From: Longimicrobium sp.
Lineage (GTDB): Bacteria > Gemmatimonadota > Gemmatimonadetes > Longimicrobiales > Longimicrobiaceae
Direction: 5' to 3'
DNA: 64,000 nt
Assembly: GCF_048594345.1 (NCBI RefSeq)
Contig: NZ_JBMDXM010000289.1
Coordinates: 456 to 64,455 of the forward strand
Shown here: piece by piece, positions 37,013-46,808 of the stretch
Layout: every line of letters starts with the position of its first letter
Numbering within the stretch: the stretch's first letter is position 1
Program-made: the position numbers and the translations under genes
Notes under the pieces: generated by a model
Databases searched by the model: none
What the model was told of the DNA's origin: nothing
What the model saw: the letters and a program-made list of their open reading frames with translations, nothing else

Positions 37013-37891
37013 ATGAACGTTTTTGTGACGGGGGCAACGGGGTACATTGGCACGGCCGTGGTGGAGGCGCTGCGGGTGGAGGGGCACGACGTAAGCGGCC
37101 TGGCGCGCTCCGTCGAGGCGGCGACAAAGCTCGAAGCCATGGGCGTGGAGGTGGTGTGGGGCTCGCTGACGGAACTGTCGGCGCTGTACCGGGGCGCGCG
37201 GGCGGCGGACGCGGTGATCCACCTGGGGGCGACGGGGCAGGAGGACCAGGCGGAGGTCGACACCGCCGCGGTAAGCGCCATGCTGAACGCGGTGGAAGGG
37301 ACGGGAAAGCCGTTCATCTACACCAGCGGCATCTGGGTGCTGGGCGACACGGGTGGCCGGGTGGCGGATGAGGACGCGCCGCTGCACCCCACCGAGATCG
37401 TGGCGTGGCGCGCGGAGGTGGAGCGCACGATGCGCGACGCGGCGGCGTGGGGGATCCGCTCCGTGATCGTCCGCCCGGCGGTGGTCTACGGCCGCGGCGG
37501 GGGGACGCCGGGGATGTTCGTCTCCGCCGCGCGGCGCAAGGGCGTCGTGCGCTACGTGGGCGACGGAACGCAGCGCTGGCCGTTCGTGCACGTGGACGAC
37601 CTGGCGGCGCTGTACGTGCTGGCCGTCGACGCGCCCACCGACACGGTGCTGAACGCGGCGGACGGCCCCGCGCTTTCCGTCCGCGACGTGGCCCAGGCCG
37701 CCGCGCAGGCCAACGGCGCGGAGACCGAATCGTGGCCGCTGGACGAGGCGCGCGAGAAGCTGGGCCCCTACGCCGACGCGCTGGCGCTGGACCAGCAGAT
37801 TTCCTGCGAGCACGCCCTTGGCCTGGGATGGAGGCCGTCGCGCCCCTCCGTGATCGACGAGCTTCGCACCGGCTCATACGCCCCGGAGTGA
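37013..37891 (+). CDS. NAD-dependent epimerase/dehydratase family (atypical SDR)
   Basis: VFVTGATGYIG, YTSGIWVLG, FVHVDDLA. Confidence 0.9.
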   Translation: MNVFVTGATGYIGTAVVEALRVEGHDVSGLARSVEAATKLEAMGVEVVWGSLTELSALYRGARAADAVIHLGATGQEDQAEVDTAAVSAMLNAVEGTGKPFIYTSGIWVLGDTGGRVADEDAPLHPTEIVAWRAEVERTMRDAAAWGIRSVIVRPAVVYGRGGGTPGMFVSAARRKGVVRYVGDGTQRWPFVHVDDLAALYVLAVDAPTDTVLNAADGPALSVRDVAQAAAQANGAETESWPLDEAREKLGPYADALALDQQISCEHALGLGWRPSRPSVIDELRTGSYAPE

Positions 37892-37916
37892 TCCGGCCGG
37901 CACCCGGGCCTGCCTC

Positions 37917-37995
37917 GCACTGACGCACTCCCTCACTAACGCACTAACGCACTAACGCACTAACGCACTAACGCACTAACGCACTAACGCACTCC
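37917..37995 (+). repeat. (GCACTAAC)n microsatellite
   Basis: about 7 tandem ACTAACGC units flanked by GCACTCCC variants. Confidence 0.9.
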
Positions 37996-38083
37996 CTCCC
38001 TCCCGCACGTGCCCCCGGCGGTTGTCCCGGCCGCCGGGGGCGTCTATTTTCCGGGACTTTCCCGCCCAGAACCGCAAAGGACC

Positions 38084-39607
38084 ATGCCCCACCGGATCGA
38101 GATCGACGGAGACACCCTTACGCTGGACGACATCGAGCTCGTCGCCACCGATCCGCGCACGCAGGTCGCCTTTGCGCCGGGGACGGAGGCGCGGATGCAG
38201 CGCTCGCGCGACGTGGTGGAGCGCGCGCTGGCGGAAGGGGCTACGGTCTACGGCGTGACGACCGGCTTTGGGCGGCTGGCGGAGACGCCGATCGCGGCGG
38301 ACCGGCTGGAGGAGCTGCAGATCAACCTCATCCGCAGCCACGCGTGCGGCTTTGGCCCGCCGCTGAGCCGCGCCGAGACGCGCGCGATGATGCTGCTGCG
38401 GGCCAACGTGCTGGCCAAGGGCTTCTCCGGCATTCGCCCCGTGGTGGTGCAGCGGCTGCTGGACATGCTGAACGCCGGCGTGCACCCCGTGATCCCCGAG
38501 CAGGGCTCCGTGGGCGCGTCGGGCGATCTGGCGCCACTGTCGCACCTGGCGCTGGTGCTGGTGGGCGAGGGCGAGGCGGAGGTGGGCGGCGAGGTGCTGC
38601 CGGGGGCGGAGGCGATGCGCCGCGCGGGGCTGGAGCCGGTGCGGCTGCAGGCCAAGGAGGGGCTGGCGCTGAACAACGGCACGCAGTTCATGGCCGGGAT
38701 CGGCGCGCTGCTGCTGAAGGGCGCGGAGCGGGTGGTAGAGGCGGCCGAGGTGGCGGGCGCCATGTCGCTGGAGGGGCTGATGGGGACGCCGGACGCGTTC
38801 CATCCCGCCATCATGCGCGCCCGCCCGCACCCCGGCCAGGCCGCCAGCGCCCAGCGGCTGCGCACCCTGCTGGCCGACAGCGAGATCCGCGAATCGCACC
38901 GCTACGGCGACCCGCGGGTGCAGGACGCGTATTCCATCCGCTGCATGCCGCAGGTGCACGGCGCCGCGCGCAACGCGCTGGCGTACGTCCGCCAGGTGCT
39001 GGAGACCGAGTGCAACAGCGCCACCGACAACCCGCTCATTTTTCCCGACGAAGGGGAGAACGGGCTGGTGATCAGCGGCGGCAACTTTCACGGCCAGCCG
39101 GTGGCGCAGGTGCTGGACCTGCTGGCCATCGCGCTCACCGACCTGGCCTCCATCTCCGAGCGTCGCACGGAGCGGCTGGTGAACCCCGACCTTTCGGGCG
39201 ACCTGCCGGCGTTTCTGACGCGCGACCCCGGCGTGTGCTCGGGGTTCATGATCGCGCAGATCACGGCGGCGGCGCTGGCGAGCGAGAACAAGGTGCTCAG
39301 CCAGCCCGCCAGCGTGGACAGCATTCCCACCGGGGCCAACAAGGAAGATCACGTGTCGATGGGCGCCCACGGCGCCATCAAGGCCCGCCGCGTGCTGCGC
39401 AACACGGAGGCGGTGCTGGGGATCGAGCTGTTGTGCGCCGCGCAGGCGCTGGAGTTCCGCAAGCCGCTGCGCCCTGGGCGCGGCGTGGAGCGCGCGTACG
39501 ACACGCTCCGCGAGCGCATCGGCCCCCTGGACGGGGACCGCGTGCTGGCGCCAGACATCGAAACCGCCGCCGCGCTGGTGCGCGAGGGCGTTCTGGTCGA
39601 TTGGTAG
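38084..39607 (+). CDS. hutH: histidine ammonia-lyase
   Basis: YGVTTGFG, GSVGASGDLAPL (ASG/MIO), QDAYSIRC, GGNFHG, NKEDHVSMG. Confidence 0.97.
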   Translation: MPHRIEIDGDTLTLDDIELVATDPRTQVAFAPGTEARMQRSRDVVERALAEGATVYGVTTGFGRLAETPIAADRLEELQINLIRSHACGFGPPLSRAETRAMMLLRANVLAKGFSGIRPVVVQRLLDMLNAGVHPVIPEQGSVGASGDLAPLSHLALVLVGEGEAEVGGEVLPGAEAMRRAGLEPVRLQAKEGLALNNGTQFMAGIGALLLKGAERVVEAAEVAGAMSLEGLMGTPDAFHPAIMRARPHPGQAASAQRLRTLLADSEIRESHRYGDPRVQDAYSIRCMPQVHGAARNALAYVRQVLETECNSATDNPLIFPDEGENGLVISGGNFHGQPVAQVLDLLAIALTDLASISERRTERLVNPDLSGDLPAFLTRDPGVCSGFMIAQITAAALASENKVLSQPASVDSIPTGANKEDHVSMGAHGAIKARRVLRNTEAVLGIELLCAAQALEFRKPLRPGRGVERAYDTLRERIGPLDGDRVLAPDIETAAALVREGVLVDW

Positions 39608-39714
39608 CGCTGCGCCGGCTGGCGGCTGGCGAGCCGCTTGTAAGTGAACGCGGATCGGGTGATCTTGAGTACGGGGCCCGCCCACAGCCCGGCAACTTCA
39701 CGGAGGGAGAGACG

Positions 39715-40311
39715 ATGAGCACACACCCGGCAGTCCGCGAATGGACGTACGCGGAGTTCGCCCGTCTCCCCGATGATGGCAATCGCTACGAAGTCATCGC
39801 CGGAGAACTGTACGTGACGCCAGCACCCGGCCGTTTTCATCAGAAGGTATCCGCCCGCCTCGTCCACCTGCTCGAGGCCTTTTGCCAGGAGCACGGGGCC
39901 GGCGAAGTCTACGCCGCGCCCTTCGACGTGATCTTCGCGAAAGGCGACTACGTGGAGCCAGACCTGGTCTTCGTTCGCGCGGAGAACGCGGATGCAGTGC
40001 TCGACGACCGTGGAGTGGTGGGCACGCCCGATCTGATCGTGGAGATTCTGTCCGACAGCACGGAGCTCCGCGATCGCGGAATCAAGCGCGAGCGGTATGC
40101 CGGTTATGGAGTGCCCGAGTACTGGATTGTGGACGCGGACGAGAAGCAGGTGGAGGTGTATCGCCTGATTTTCGACGAACTGAGGCGGGTGGCGGTGGAG
40201 GATGACGCACTCCGCTACCGTCCCACGCCCGGCGGTCCGGAACTCGTGATCGACGTGCAGCACCTGTTCCGGCCCGCGAACGATTACACCAAGCCGCGGT
40301 TCACGAGCTGA
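39715..40311 (+). CDS. Uma2 family (PD-(D/E)XK) endonuclease
   Basis: RYEVIAGEL, EPDLVFV, PDLIVEILS, YGVPEYWIVD. Confidence 0.9.
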   Translation: MSTHPAVREWTYAEFARLPDDGNRYEVIAGELYVTPAPGRFHQKVSARLVHLLEAFCQEHGAGEVYAAPFDVIFAKGDYVEPDLVFVRAENADAVLDDRGVVGTPDLIVEILSDSTELRDRGIKRERYAGYGVPEYWIVDADEKQVEVYRLIFDELRRVAVEDDALRYRPTPGGPELVIDVQHLFRPANDYTKPRFTS

Positions 40312-40352
40312 GCTGGTCGTATCCGCCGAACAGACGCTGCAGGAGCCGCGCG

Positions 40353-40913
40353 ATGAACAACGTGATGGCTGCGCAAGCCGGGTGGAGCTACACGGATTCC
40401 GATTGGCTCCTGGACGAGCACGGGAAGTTCGAGATCATTAACGGTGGGCTGTACCTGACACCCTGGCTCTCGCCGGCTCACCAGGATCTCAGCGCGGGCG
40501 TGTTCGTGGAACTGAGCGCGTTCGCCAAGCGGGAGCGTGTGGGAAGGGTGCTCTTTCGGCCGCCGCTGGTGTTCGCCGACGCCGATTACCTGGTACCCGA
40601 TATCGCCGTCTTCCCAGGCCGGCGGGCGCCGTATGCCAGCGCGAAGACCGGGCCCCTCGTCCAACTGGTGGTCGAAGTGCTGTCGGAGTTCACCGAAACC
40701 CGCGACCGGGGAATCAAGCGCGAGTGTTATGCGCGCCACGGAATACCAGAGTACTGGATCGTCGATCCGTTCCGGCCTCGAATCGAAGTCTATCGGCTGC
40801 AGGAGGATGCGGATCAGCCGATCGCAGTCGCGGATCGCGTGCGCTGGCAGCCGGCAGAGGGTGGGGCGGTGCTCGAACTTGTGATGAGCGAGTTGCTGTC
40901 CGATCTGGAGTAG
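40353..40913 (+). CDS. Uma2 family endonuclease
   Basis: FEIINGGL, VPDIAVF, LVVEVLS, HGIPEYWIVDP. Confidence 0.88.
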   Translation: MNNVMAAQAGWSYTDSDWLLDEHGKFEIINGGLYLTPWLSPAHQDLSAGVFVELSAFAKRERVGRVLFRPPLVFADADYLVPDIAVFPGRRAPYASAKTGPLVQLVVEVLSEFTETRDRGIKRECYARHGIPEYWIVDPFRPRIEVYRLQEDADQPIAVADRVRWQPAEGGAVLELVMSELLSDLE

Positions 40914-41053
40914 CCCGAATGCTGATCGACCTCCGTATCTCCTGCACCTGCGAACGACCGCTCACCCGCGGCCGCGCCAGGCATTGTCATCACGGACGGA
41001 CGAACTATAACCAGACGTTATAGTTCATCCGTTTTCAATCCAAACGCACGCAC

Positions 41054-42739
41054 ATGACCACCGCCACTCTCGCCGAACCACGCACCGTCCGCGCGCCGCG
41101 CGGAAACGAGCTTTCCTGCCGCGGCTGGCAGCAGGAGGCCGCGCTGCGCATGCTGATGAACAACCTGGACCCCGACGTGGCCGAGCGGCCGGACGATCTC
41201 GTCGTCTACGGCGGCACGGGGCGCGCGGCGCGGTCGTGGGAGGCGTTCGACGCCATGGTGCGCACCCTTCGCACGCTGGCGGACGACGAGACCATGCTGG
41301 TGCAGAGCGGCAAGCCGGTGGGCGTGTTCCGCACGCACACGCACGCGCCGCGCGTCCTGATCGCCAACAGCAACCTGGTGCCGCGCTGGGCGGACTGGGA
41401 AACGTTCCGCGAGCTGGAGCGGCAGGGGCTGACGATGTACGGCCAGATGACGGCCGGATCGGGGATCTACATCGGCACTCAGGGGATTTTGCAGGGGACG
41501 TACGAGACGTTTGGCGCGGTGGGGCGGCAGCACTTTGGCGGCTCGCTGCGCGGAACGTGGACGCTCACCGGCGGAATGGGCGGGATGGGCGGCGCGCAGC
41601 CGCTGGCGGTGACGATGAACGAGGGCGCGGTGCTGTGCGTGGAGGTGGAGCCGTGGCGCATCGAGCGGCGCATCCAGACGCGCTACTGCGACCGCATGAC
41701 GCACGATCTGGACGAGGCGCTGGGCTGGATCATGGACGCGCGCAACCGGGGCGAGCCGCTGTCCGTGGGCCTCGTGGGCAACTGCGCGGAGGTGCTGCCG
41801 GAGCTGGTGCGGCGCGGGGTAACGCCGGACGTGGTGACGGACCAGACCAGCGCGCACGATGCGCTGAACGGCTACGTCCCCGCCGGGCTCACGACGGAGG
41901 AGGCGGACGCGCTGCGGATCGCGGACCCCGCGGAGTACCAGCGGCGCTCGATGGAGAGCATGCGCGTGCACTGCGAGGCGATGGTGGAAATGCAGCGCCG
42001 CGGCGCCATCACCTTCGACTACGGCAACAACCTGCGCGGGCAGGCCCGGGACGCCGGGTACGCCGACGCGTTCGCCTTTCCCGGCTTTGTCCCCGCGTAC
42101 GTGCGGCCGCTGTTCTGTGAGGGGAAGGGGCCGTTCCGCTGGGTGGCGCTCAGCGGCGATCCGGCCGACATCCACCGCACGGACGAGCTGGTGCTGGAGC
42201 TGTTTCCCGAGGACGAGCACCTGCGGCGCTGGATCACGCAGGCGCGGGAGAAGGTGGCGTTCCAGGGGCTGCCGTCGCGCATCTGCTGGCTGGGGCAGGG
42301 GGCGCGCGCCCGGTTTGGCGTGGCGCTGAACGATCTGGTGGCGTCGGGCGAGCTTTCGGCGCCGATCGTGATCGGGCGGGACCACCTGGACACGGGGTCG
42401 GTGGCGTCGCCGTTCCGCGAGACGGAGGCCATGAAGGACGGCAGCGACGCCATCGCCGACTGGCCGATCCTGAACGCGCTGGTGAACGTGGCCAGCGGCG
42501 CCTCGTGGGTATCGTTTCACCATGGCGGCGGGGTGGGGATCGGCAACTCGCTGCACGCGGGGCAGGTGATCGTGGCCGACGGCACCCCGGAAATGCGCGA
42601 GCGGCTGGAGCGCGTGCTGACCAACGACCCCGGGATGGGGGTCATCCGCCACGCGGACGCGGGATACGACGACGCGGTGGAGACGGCGCAGCGGGAGGGG
42701 GTTCGCATCCCCATGCGCGAGGGCATGGCGGGCGGGTGA
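41054..42739 (+). CDS. hutU: urocanate hydratase
   Basis: [46 protein letters not shown]. Confidence 0.97.
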   Translation: MTTATLAEPRTVRAPRGNELSCRGWQQEAALRMLMNNLDPDVAERPDDLVVYGGTGRAARSWEAFDAMVRTLRTLADDETMLVQSGKPVGVFRTHTHAPRVLIANSNLVPRWADWETFRELERQGLTMYGQMTAGSGIYIGTQGILQGTYETFGAVGRQHFGGSLRGTWTLTGGMGGMGGAQPLAVTMNEGAVLCVEVEPWRIERRIQTRYCDRMTHDLDEALGWIMDARNRGEPLSVGLVGNCAEVLPELVRRGVTPDVVTDQTSAHDALNGYVPAGLTTEEADALRIADPAEYQRRSMESMRVHCEAMVEMQRRGAITFDYGNNLRGQARDAGYADAFAFPGFVPAYVRPLFCEGKGPFRWVALSGDPADIHRTDELVLELFPEDEHLRRWITQAREKVAFQGLPSRICWLGQGARARFGVALNDLVASGELSAPIVIGRDHLDTGSVASPFRETEAMKDGSDAIADWPILNALVNVASGASWVSFHHGGGVGIGNSLHAGQVIVADGTPEMRERLERVLTNDPGMGVIRHADAGYDDAVETAQREGVRIPMREGMAGG

Positions 42740-42782
42740 GCGCCGCGCGGCGGCCGCATCGCCCTCCCTGGCGCGCTCCGCC

Positions 42783-43685
42783 GTGAGCGGCACGCCGGCG
42801 AACGCGTTCGTCACGCGCGACGGCGTGCGGCTGCACGTGCTGCGCTGGGAGGGAGGCGGCCCCGGCCTGGTGCTGCTGCCGGGGCTGGGGCAGAGCGCGC
42901 ACGTGTTCCGCGAGCTGGCCCCGGCGCTGGCGGGCGACTTTCGGGTGATCGCGGTCACGCCGCGCGCGCACGGCCACTCGGCGACGCCCGCCGGCGGCTA
43001 CACGGTGGAAAGCTTTGCGGACGACGTGCGGGCGGTGATGGATGGCCACGGGCTGGAACGCGCCATCGTCGTCGCCCACTCGCTTTCGGGAACCGTGGCG
43101 ACGCGGCTGGCGGTGCGCAGCCCGGAGCGGGTGCGCGGGATCGTGTACCTGGACGCGCTGCACGACTACGCGCGCTGGGGCGAGGTGATGACGCAGAACC
43201 CGTTTCCGCCGCCGCCGCGCCCCGACTTCGGGGACCGCGAGGGGACGCGCGAGTGGATGAGCCGCTACGTCCCCGGATTCTGGTGCCCCGCGCTGGAGGC
43301 GGACCTGATGGCCCACCCCGGTGGCGATACGGCCGCGTGGCGGTGGGAGCTGCTGATGGGGCTGCTGGACGACGCGGGGCTGCACGCCACGCCGTACGCG
43401 GCGCTCCGCTGCCCGGCGCTGGCGCTGGTGGCGGACGAATCCGTGCAGACGCAGTTCGGCTGGCGGATGCCGATGTCGCGCGCGGACCTGCAGCGTGCCG
43501 AGGCGTACCTGCGCACGGTGCGCGAGCCGTGGCGGCGCACGTCGGAGGCGCGCTTTCTCGCCGAGGCGCCGAGCGGCCGCGTGGTGGCCGTCGACGGCGG
43601 GCACTACTTCTACCTGACGACGCGCGAGCGGGTGGCGGCCGAGATCCGCGCCTTCGCATCATCCCTCACCCCCCTCCCGACGTGA
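42783..43685 (+). CDS. alpha/beta hydrolase
   Basis: LVLLPGLG, RAHGHS, VAHSLSG nucleophile elbow, GGHY. Confidence 0.85.
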   Translation: MSGTPANAFVTRDGVRLHVLRWEGGGPGLVLLPGLGQSAHVFRELAPALAGDFRVIAVTPRAHGHSATPAGGYTVESFADDVRAVMDGHGLERAIVVAHSLSGTVATRLAVRSPERVRGIVYLDALHDYARWGEVMTQNPFPPPPRPDFGDREGTREWMSRYVPGFWCPALEADLMAHPGGDTAAWRWELLMGLLDDAGLHATPYAALRCPALALVADESVQTQFGWRMPMSRADLQRAEAYLRTVREPWRRTSEARFLAEAPSGRVVAVDGGHYFYLTTRERVAAEIRAFASSLTPLPT

Positions 43686-44464
43686 CGCACGGCACCGGGT
43701 ACGTGGACCCCGCCTACCTGGACGCCGCGGCGCGCCTGGCGGCGGAGGGAAAGCGGCGCAGCTACGAACGGCTGCGGCTGTCCGCCGGCGCGTCGGTGCT
43801 GGACGTGGGGTGCGGTCCGGGGACGGACACGCTGCCGCTGGCGGAGATCGTGGGGCCGTCGGGGCACGTCGCCGGCATCGACCGCGACCCGGAGATGGTG
43901 GCGGAGGCGGACCGGCGCGCGCGTGCGGCCGGCGTCGACCGGCGGGTGGAGCACCGGGTGGGCGACGCGACGGCGCTTCCGTTCGCGGATGGCGCGTTCG
44001 ACGGGGTGCGCAGCGAGCGGCTGCTGCTGCACCTGGCGGAGCCGGAGCGCGCGGTGGCGGAGATGGTGCGGGTGACGCGCCCCGGCGGATGGGTGGTGCT
44101 GGTGGACACGGACTGGGGGACGCGCTCGGTCGATACGCCGGAGACGGAACTGGAGCGGCGGATGGCGCACGTGCTGGCGGAGCTGTGCCTGGCCAACGGC
44201 TACTCCGGGCGGCGGCTGTACGGGATGGCGAAGCGCGCCGGACTGGCGGACGTCACGCCGGAGGCGCTGCCGCTGTACGTGACCGACTACGCGCTCTGGC
44301 GGCTGCTTTCGCGGCTGGACGTGGCGGGGGAAGAGGCGGTGCGCGCCGGCGTGATGACGGCGGACGAGGTGCGCCGGCTGGACGAGAGCTGGCGGGCGCT
44401 GGGCGAGGCGGGGACCTTCTTTGCGCTCACCACGCTGGTCCTGGTTTCCGGACGTCGCGAGTAA
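43682..44464 (+). CDS. class I SAM-dependent methyltransferase
   Basis: VLDVGCGPG, GDATALPFADGAFD, RVTRPGG. Confidence 0.9.
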   Translation: MTHGTGYVDPAYLDAAARLAAEGKRRSYERLRLSAGASVLDVGCGPGTDTLPLAEIVGPSGHVAGIDRDPEMVAEADRRARAAGVDRRVEHRVGDATALPFADGAFDGVRSERLLLHLAEPERAVAEMVRVTRPGGWVVLVDTDWGTRSVDTPETELERRMAHVLAELCLANGYSGRRLYGMAKRAGLADVTPEALPLYVTDYALWRLLSRLDVAGEEAVRAGVMTADEVRRLDESWRALGEAGTFFALTTLVLVSGRRE

Positions 44465-44862
44465 TCGTGCGCGTCCGCAAAAAGAATGGGGCTCACGCAG
44501 AGTCAGCAGAGTTAGCAGAGTTTTACGTGCCGGTTCCTCCGATTCGTGTCGAGTTCACAACAAGATAGGCCTCACACGGAGTCAACGGAGTTAACGGAGT
44601 TTGCTCGTGCCGTTTCCTCGTCCGACGCGGCACCAGCCGGATTGGGGATGTCGGGAACGGGAGGTAGAATGAATGCGGCAGGGGGCCATCCGCGTTTTTC
44701 TGACGGGCATGAGGATCGGCGGATGAGCTTCCGAAGCGGCGGAGCGCACGCCGATCGGATCACCTGATGCGCGATCTTGAGAGCCCTCTGCCGACTCGAC
44801 CGCCGAGGTGAGTGGCAGGGCGTCGGCATCTTCGTCCACATCCACGATCAACTGACCGGGCA

Positions 44863-45612
44863 TTGAAGTCACAGATCCCGCGCCTGTCGTCGCGCACGAT
44901 CGTTACGCTGCTGGCGCTGGCGGGCACGGCGGCGTGCGCGCCGACGGTTACGCACGGGCCGGCGGTGCTGGGGGGCACGCACGTGGTGGTTACCGCCGGG
45001 GCGGGCTTCTCGCCGTGCGACACCCTGACGTGCGACCTGGCGCTGATTCCGCAGGGGGCGCTGGGCGTCCACACCGGGCGCGCGGCCAGCGGCACCCGCC
45101 CCGGCTACCAGGTGGGCGTGAACGGGTCCATCAACCTGATCTCGTCGGAGCTGGACCTGTACGTGCAGGCGCCGACACGCGTGTCCCCGCTGGACATGGG
45201 CGCCGGCGTGCTGCTGGGCGGCACGCACGCCATGCCGTACGTGCAGGCCGGGCGCATGCGGGCCAAGGATGGGTCCGGGTTCTACACCACCCAGGGCTTC
45301 GTGTGGATGTACCGGCGGCCGCCGGACTACGTCCTGTCCAGCTCCGAACCGCGCGACGCGGGCGAACCGGACGAGCTGGCGCCGCGCTACTGGGCTCCCG
45401 CCATCGCCTACCGCACCGGCGGGAACCACGGGCTGCATCTGTACGTCTCCGGCGCCTTCGGGACGGCGCGGGCGTACGCGTTCCCCGCCGACAGCAGCGT
45501 GGACATGGTGCGGCTGAACGACCAGCCCGTGCGCACGCTGATGGCCGGCGTGGTGTTCGAGGGCATACCCCGCGACCTGCTGGGGGCGCTGATCCCCCTG
45601 TTGACCCCCTGA
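44863..45612 (+). CDS. hypothetical lipoprotein
   Basis: signal with lipobox TAAC; beta-rich; start codon uncertain. Confidence 0.55.
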   Translation: MKSQIPRLSSRTIVTLLALAGTAACAPTVTHGPAVLGGTHVVVTAGAGFSPCDTLTCDLALIPQGALGVHTGRAASGTRPGYQVGVNGSINLISSELDLYVQAPTRVSPLDMGAGVLLGGTHAMPYVQAGRMRAKDGSGFYTTQGFVWMYRRPPDYVLSSSEPRDAGEPDELAPRYWAPAIAYRTGGNHGLHLYVSGAFGTARAYAFPADSSVDMVRLNDQPVRTLMAGVVFEGIPRDLLGALIPLLTP

Positions 45613-45626
45613 CTTCCCGCGACGCC

Positions 45627-46808
45627 GTGGAACTGAAGATCGAGCGCCTGTCCAAGACGTATCCCAACGGCGTGCACGCCCTGCGCGACGTGTCGCTGAC
45701 CATCGCGCCGGGGATGTTCGGGCTGCTGGGGCCCAACGGGGCGGGCAAGAGCACGCTGATGCGCATTCTGGCCACGCTGCAGGAGGCGGACAGCGGCCGC
45801 GCGGCACTGGGCGACATCGACGTGCTGCGCGACAAGGAATCCGTGCGCCGCACGCTGGGCTACCTGCCGCAGGAGTTTGGCCTGTACCCGCGCGCCACGG
45901 CGGAGGAGATGCTGGACCACTTCGCCGTGCTCAAGGGGGTCACGGACGGCCGCGAGCGGCGCGAAACCGTGCGCTCCCTGCTGGAGCAGACCAACCTGTG
46001 GGACGCGCGCGGCCGGCGGCTGGGCACGTTCAGCGGCGGGATGCGGCAGCGCTTCGGGATCGCGGTGGCGCTGATCGGCAACCCGCGGCTGATCATCGTG
46101 GACGAGCCCACTGCGGGGCTGGACCCCGCGGAGCGCGCGCGTTTTCTGAACCTGTTGAGCGAGCTGGGCGAGAACGCCGTCGTCATCCTGTCCACGCACA
46201 TCGTGGAGGACGTGAGCGACCTGTGCCAGCGGATGGCCATCATCCGCCAGGGCGAGATCCTGCTGGAGGCCGAGCCGCAGGCGGCGGTGCGCGCCGTCCG
46301 CGGCCGCGTGTGGCGCCGCGAGGTGGCGCGCGAGGAGCTTAAGGCGTTCGAGGCGGAGCACGTCGTCATCTCCACCACGCTGGTCGGTGGACGCACGGTG
46401 GTGCACGTGCACGGCGACGCGCCGCCGGACGACAGCTTTCAGCCGGTGGAGCCGGACCTGAAGGACGTCTACTTCACCGTGATGCGGGGGATCGGCATCG
46501 CCCGCCCCAGGCCGGTGATGGTGCGGCTCGACGAGGACGCGGCGCGCGGTGGGGATGACGTGCATCCTGGCGACTCCGCGTGGGGCGGAGACGACGCGCA
46601 TCCCGGCGCTTCGATGCGGGGCGGGGACGTCGCGCGATCCGATGATTCCGCGCCGGCGCGGATCGATCCCGCCCGTCCCGCCGCGGCTGAAGACGACGTG
46701 CCGCCGTCCGACGATCCTCCGCCTCCACTTCCGTCGGCTGAAGACGATACGCCGCGCAAGGAAGAGGACCCGTGGGCGCTGTTCCGCCGGCCGGGGTCGT
46801 CGGCATGA
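45627..46808 (+). CDS. ABC transporter ATP-binding protein with acidic C-terminal tail
   Basis: GPNGAGKS, FSGGMRQR, IIVDEPT, STH. Confidence 0.93.
   Translation: MELKIERLSKTYPNGVHALRDVSLTIAPGMFGLLGPNGAGKSTLMRILATLQEADSGRAALGDIDVLRDKESVRRTLGYLPQEFGLYPRATAEEMLDHFAVLKGVTDGRERRETVRSLLEQTNLWDARGRRLGTFSGGMRQRFGIAVALIGNPRLIIVDEPTAGLDPAERARFLNLLSELGENAVVILSTHIVEDVSDLCQRMAIIRQGEILLEAEPQAAVRAVRGRVWRREVAREELKAFEAEHVVISTTLVGGRTVVHVHGDAPPDDSFQPVEPDLKDVYFTVMRGIGIARPRPVMVRLDEDAARGGDDVHPGDSAWGGDDAHPGASMRGGDVARSDDSAPARIDPARPAAAEDDVPPSDDPPPPLPSAEDDTPRKEEDPWALFRRPGSSA

Noticed and set aside
38344-40311. 655-aa ORF as a HutH-Uma2 fusion
   Set aside because: First 457 codons are an alternative frame over hutH; the Uma2 gene has its own RBS and ATG at 39715
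44591-44872. 93-aa minus-strand ORF
   Set aside because: Overlaps repeats, has no convincing motif or RBS
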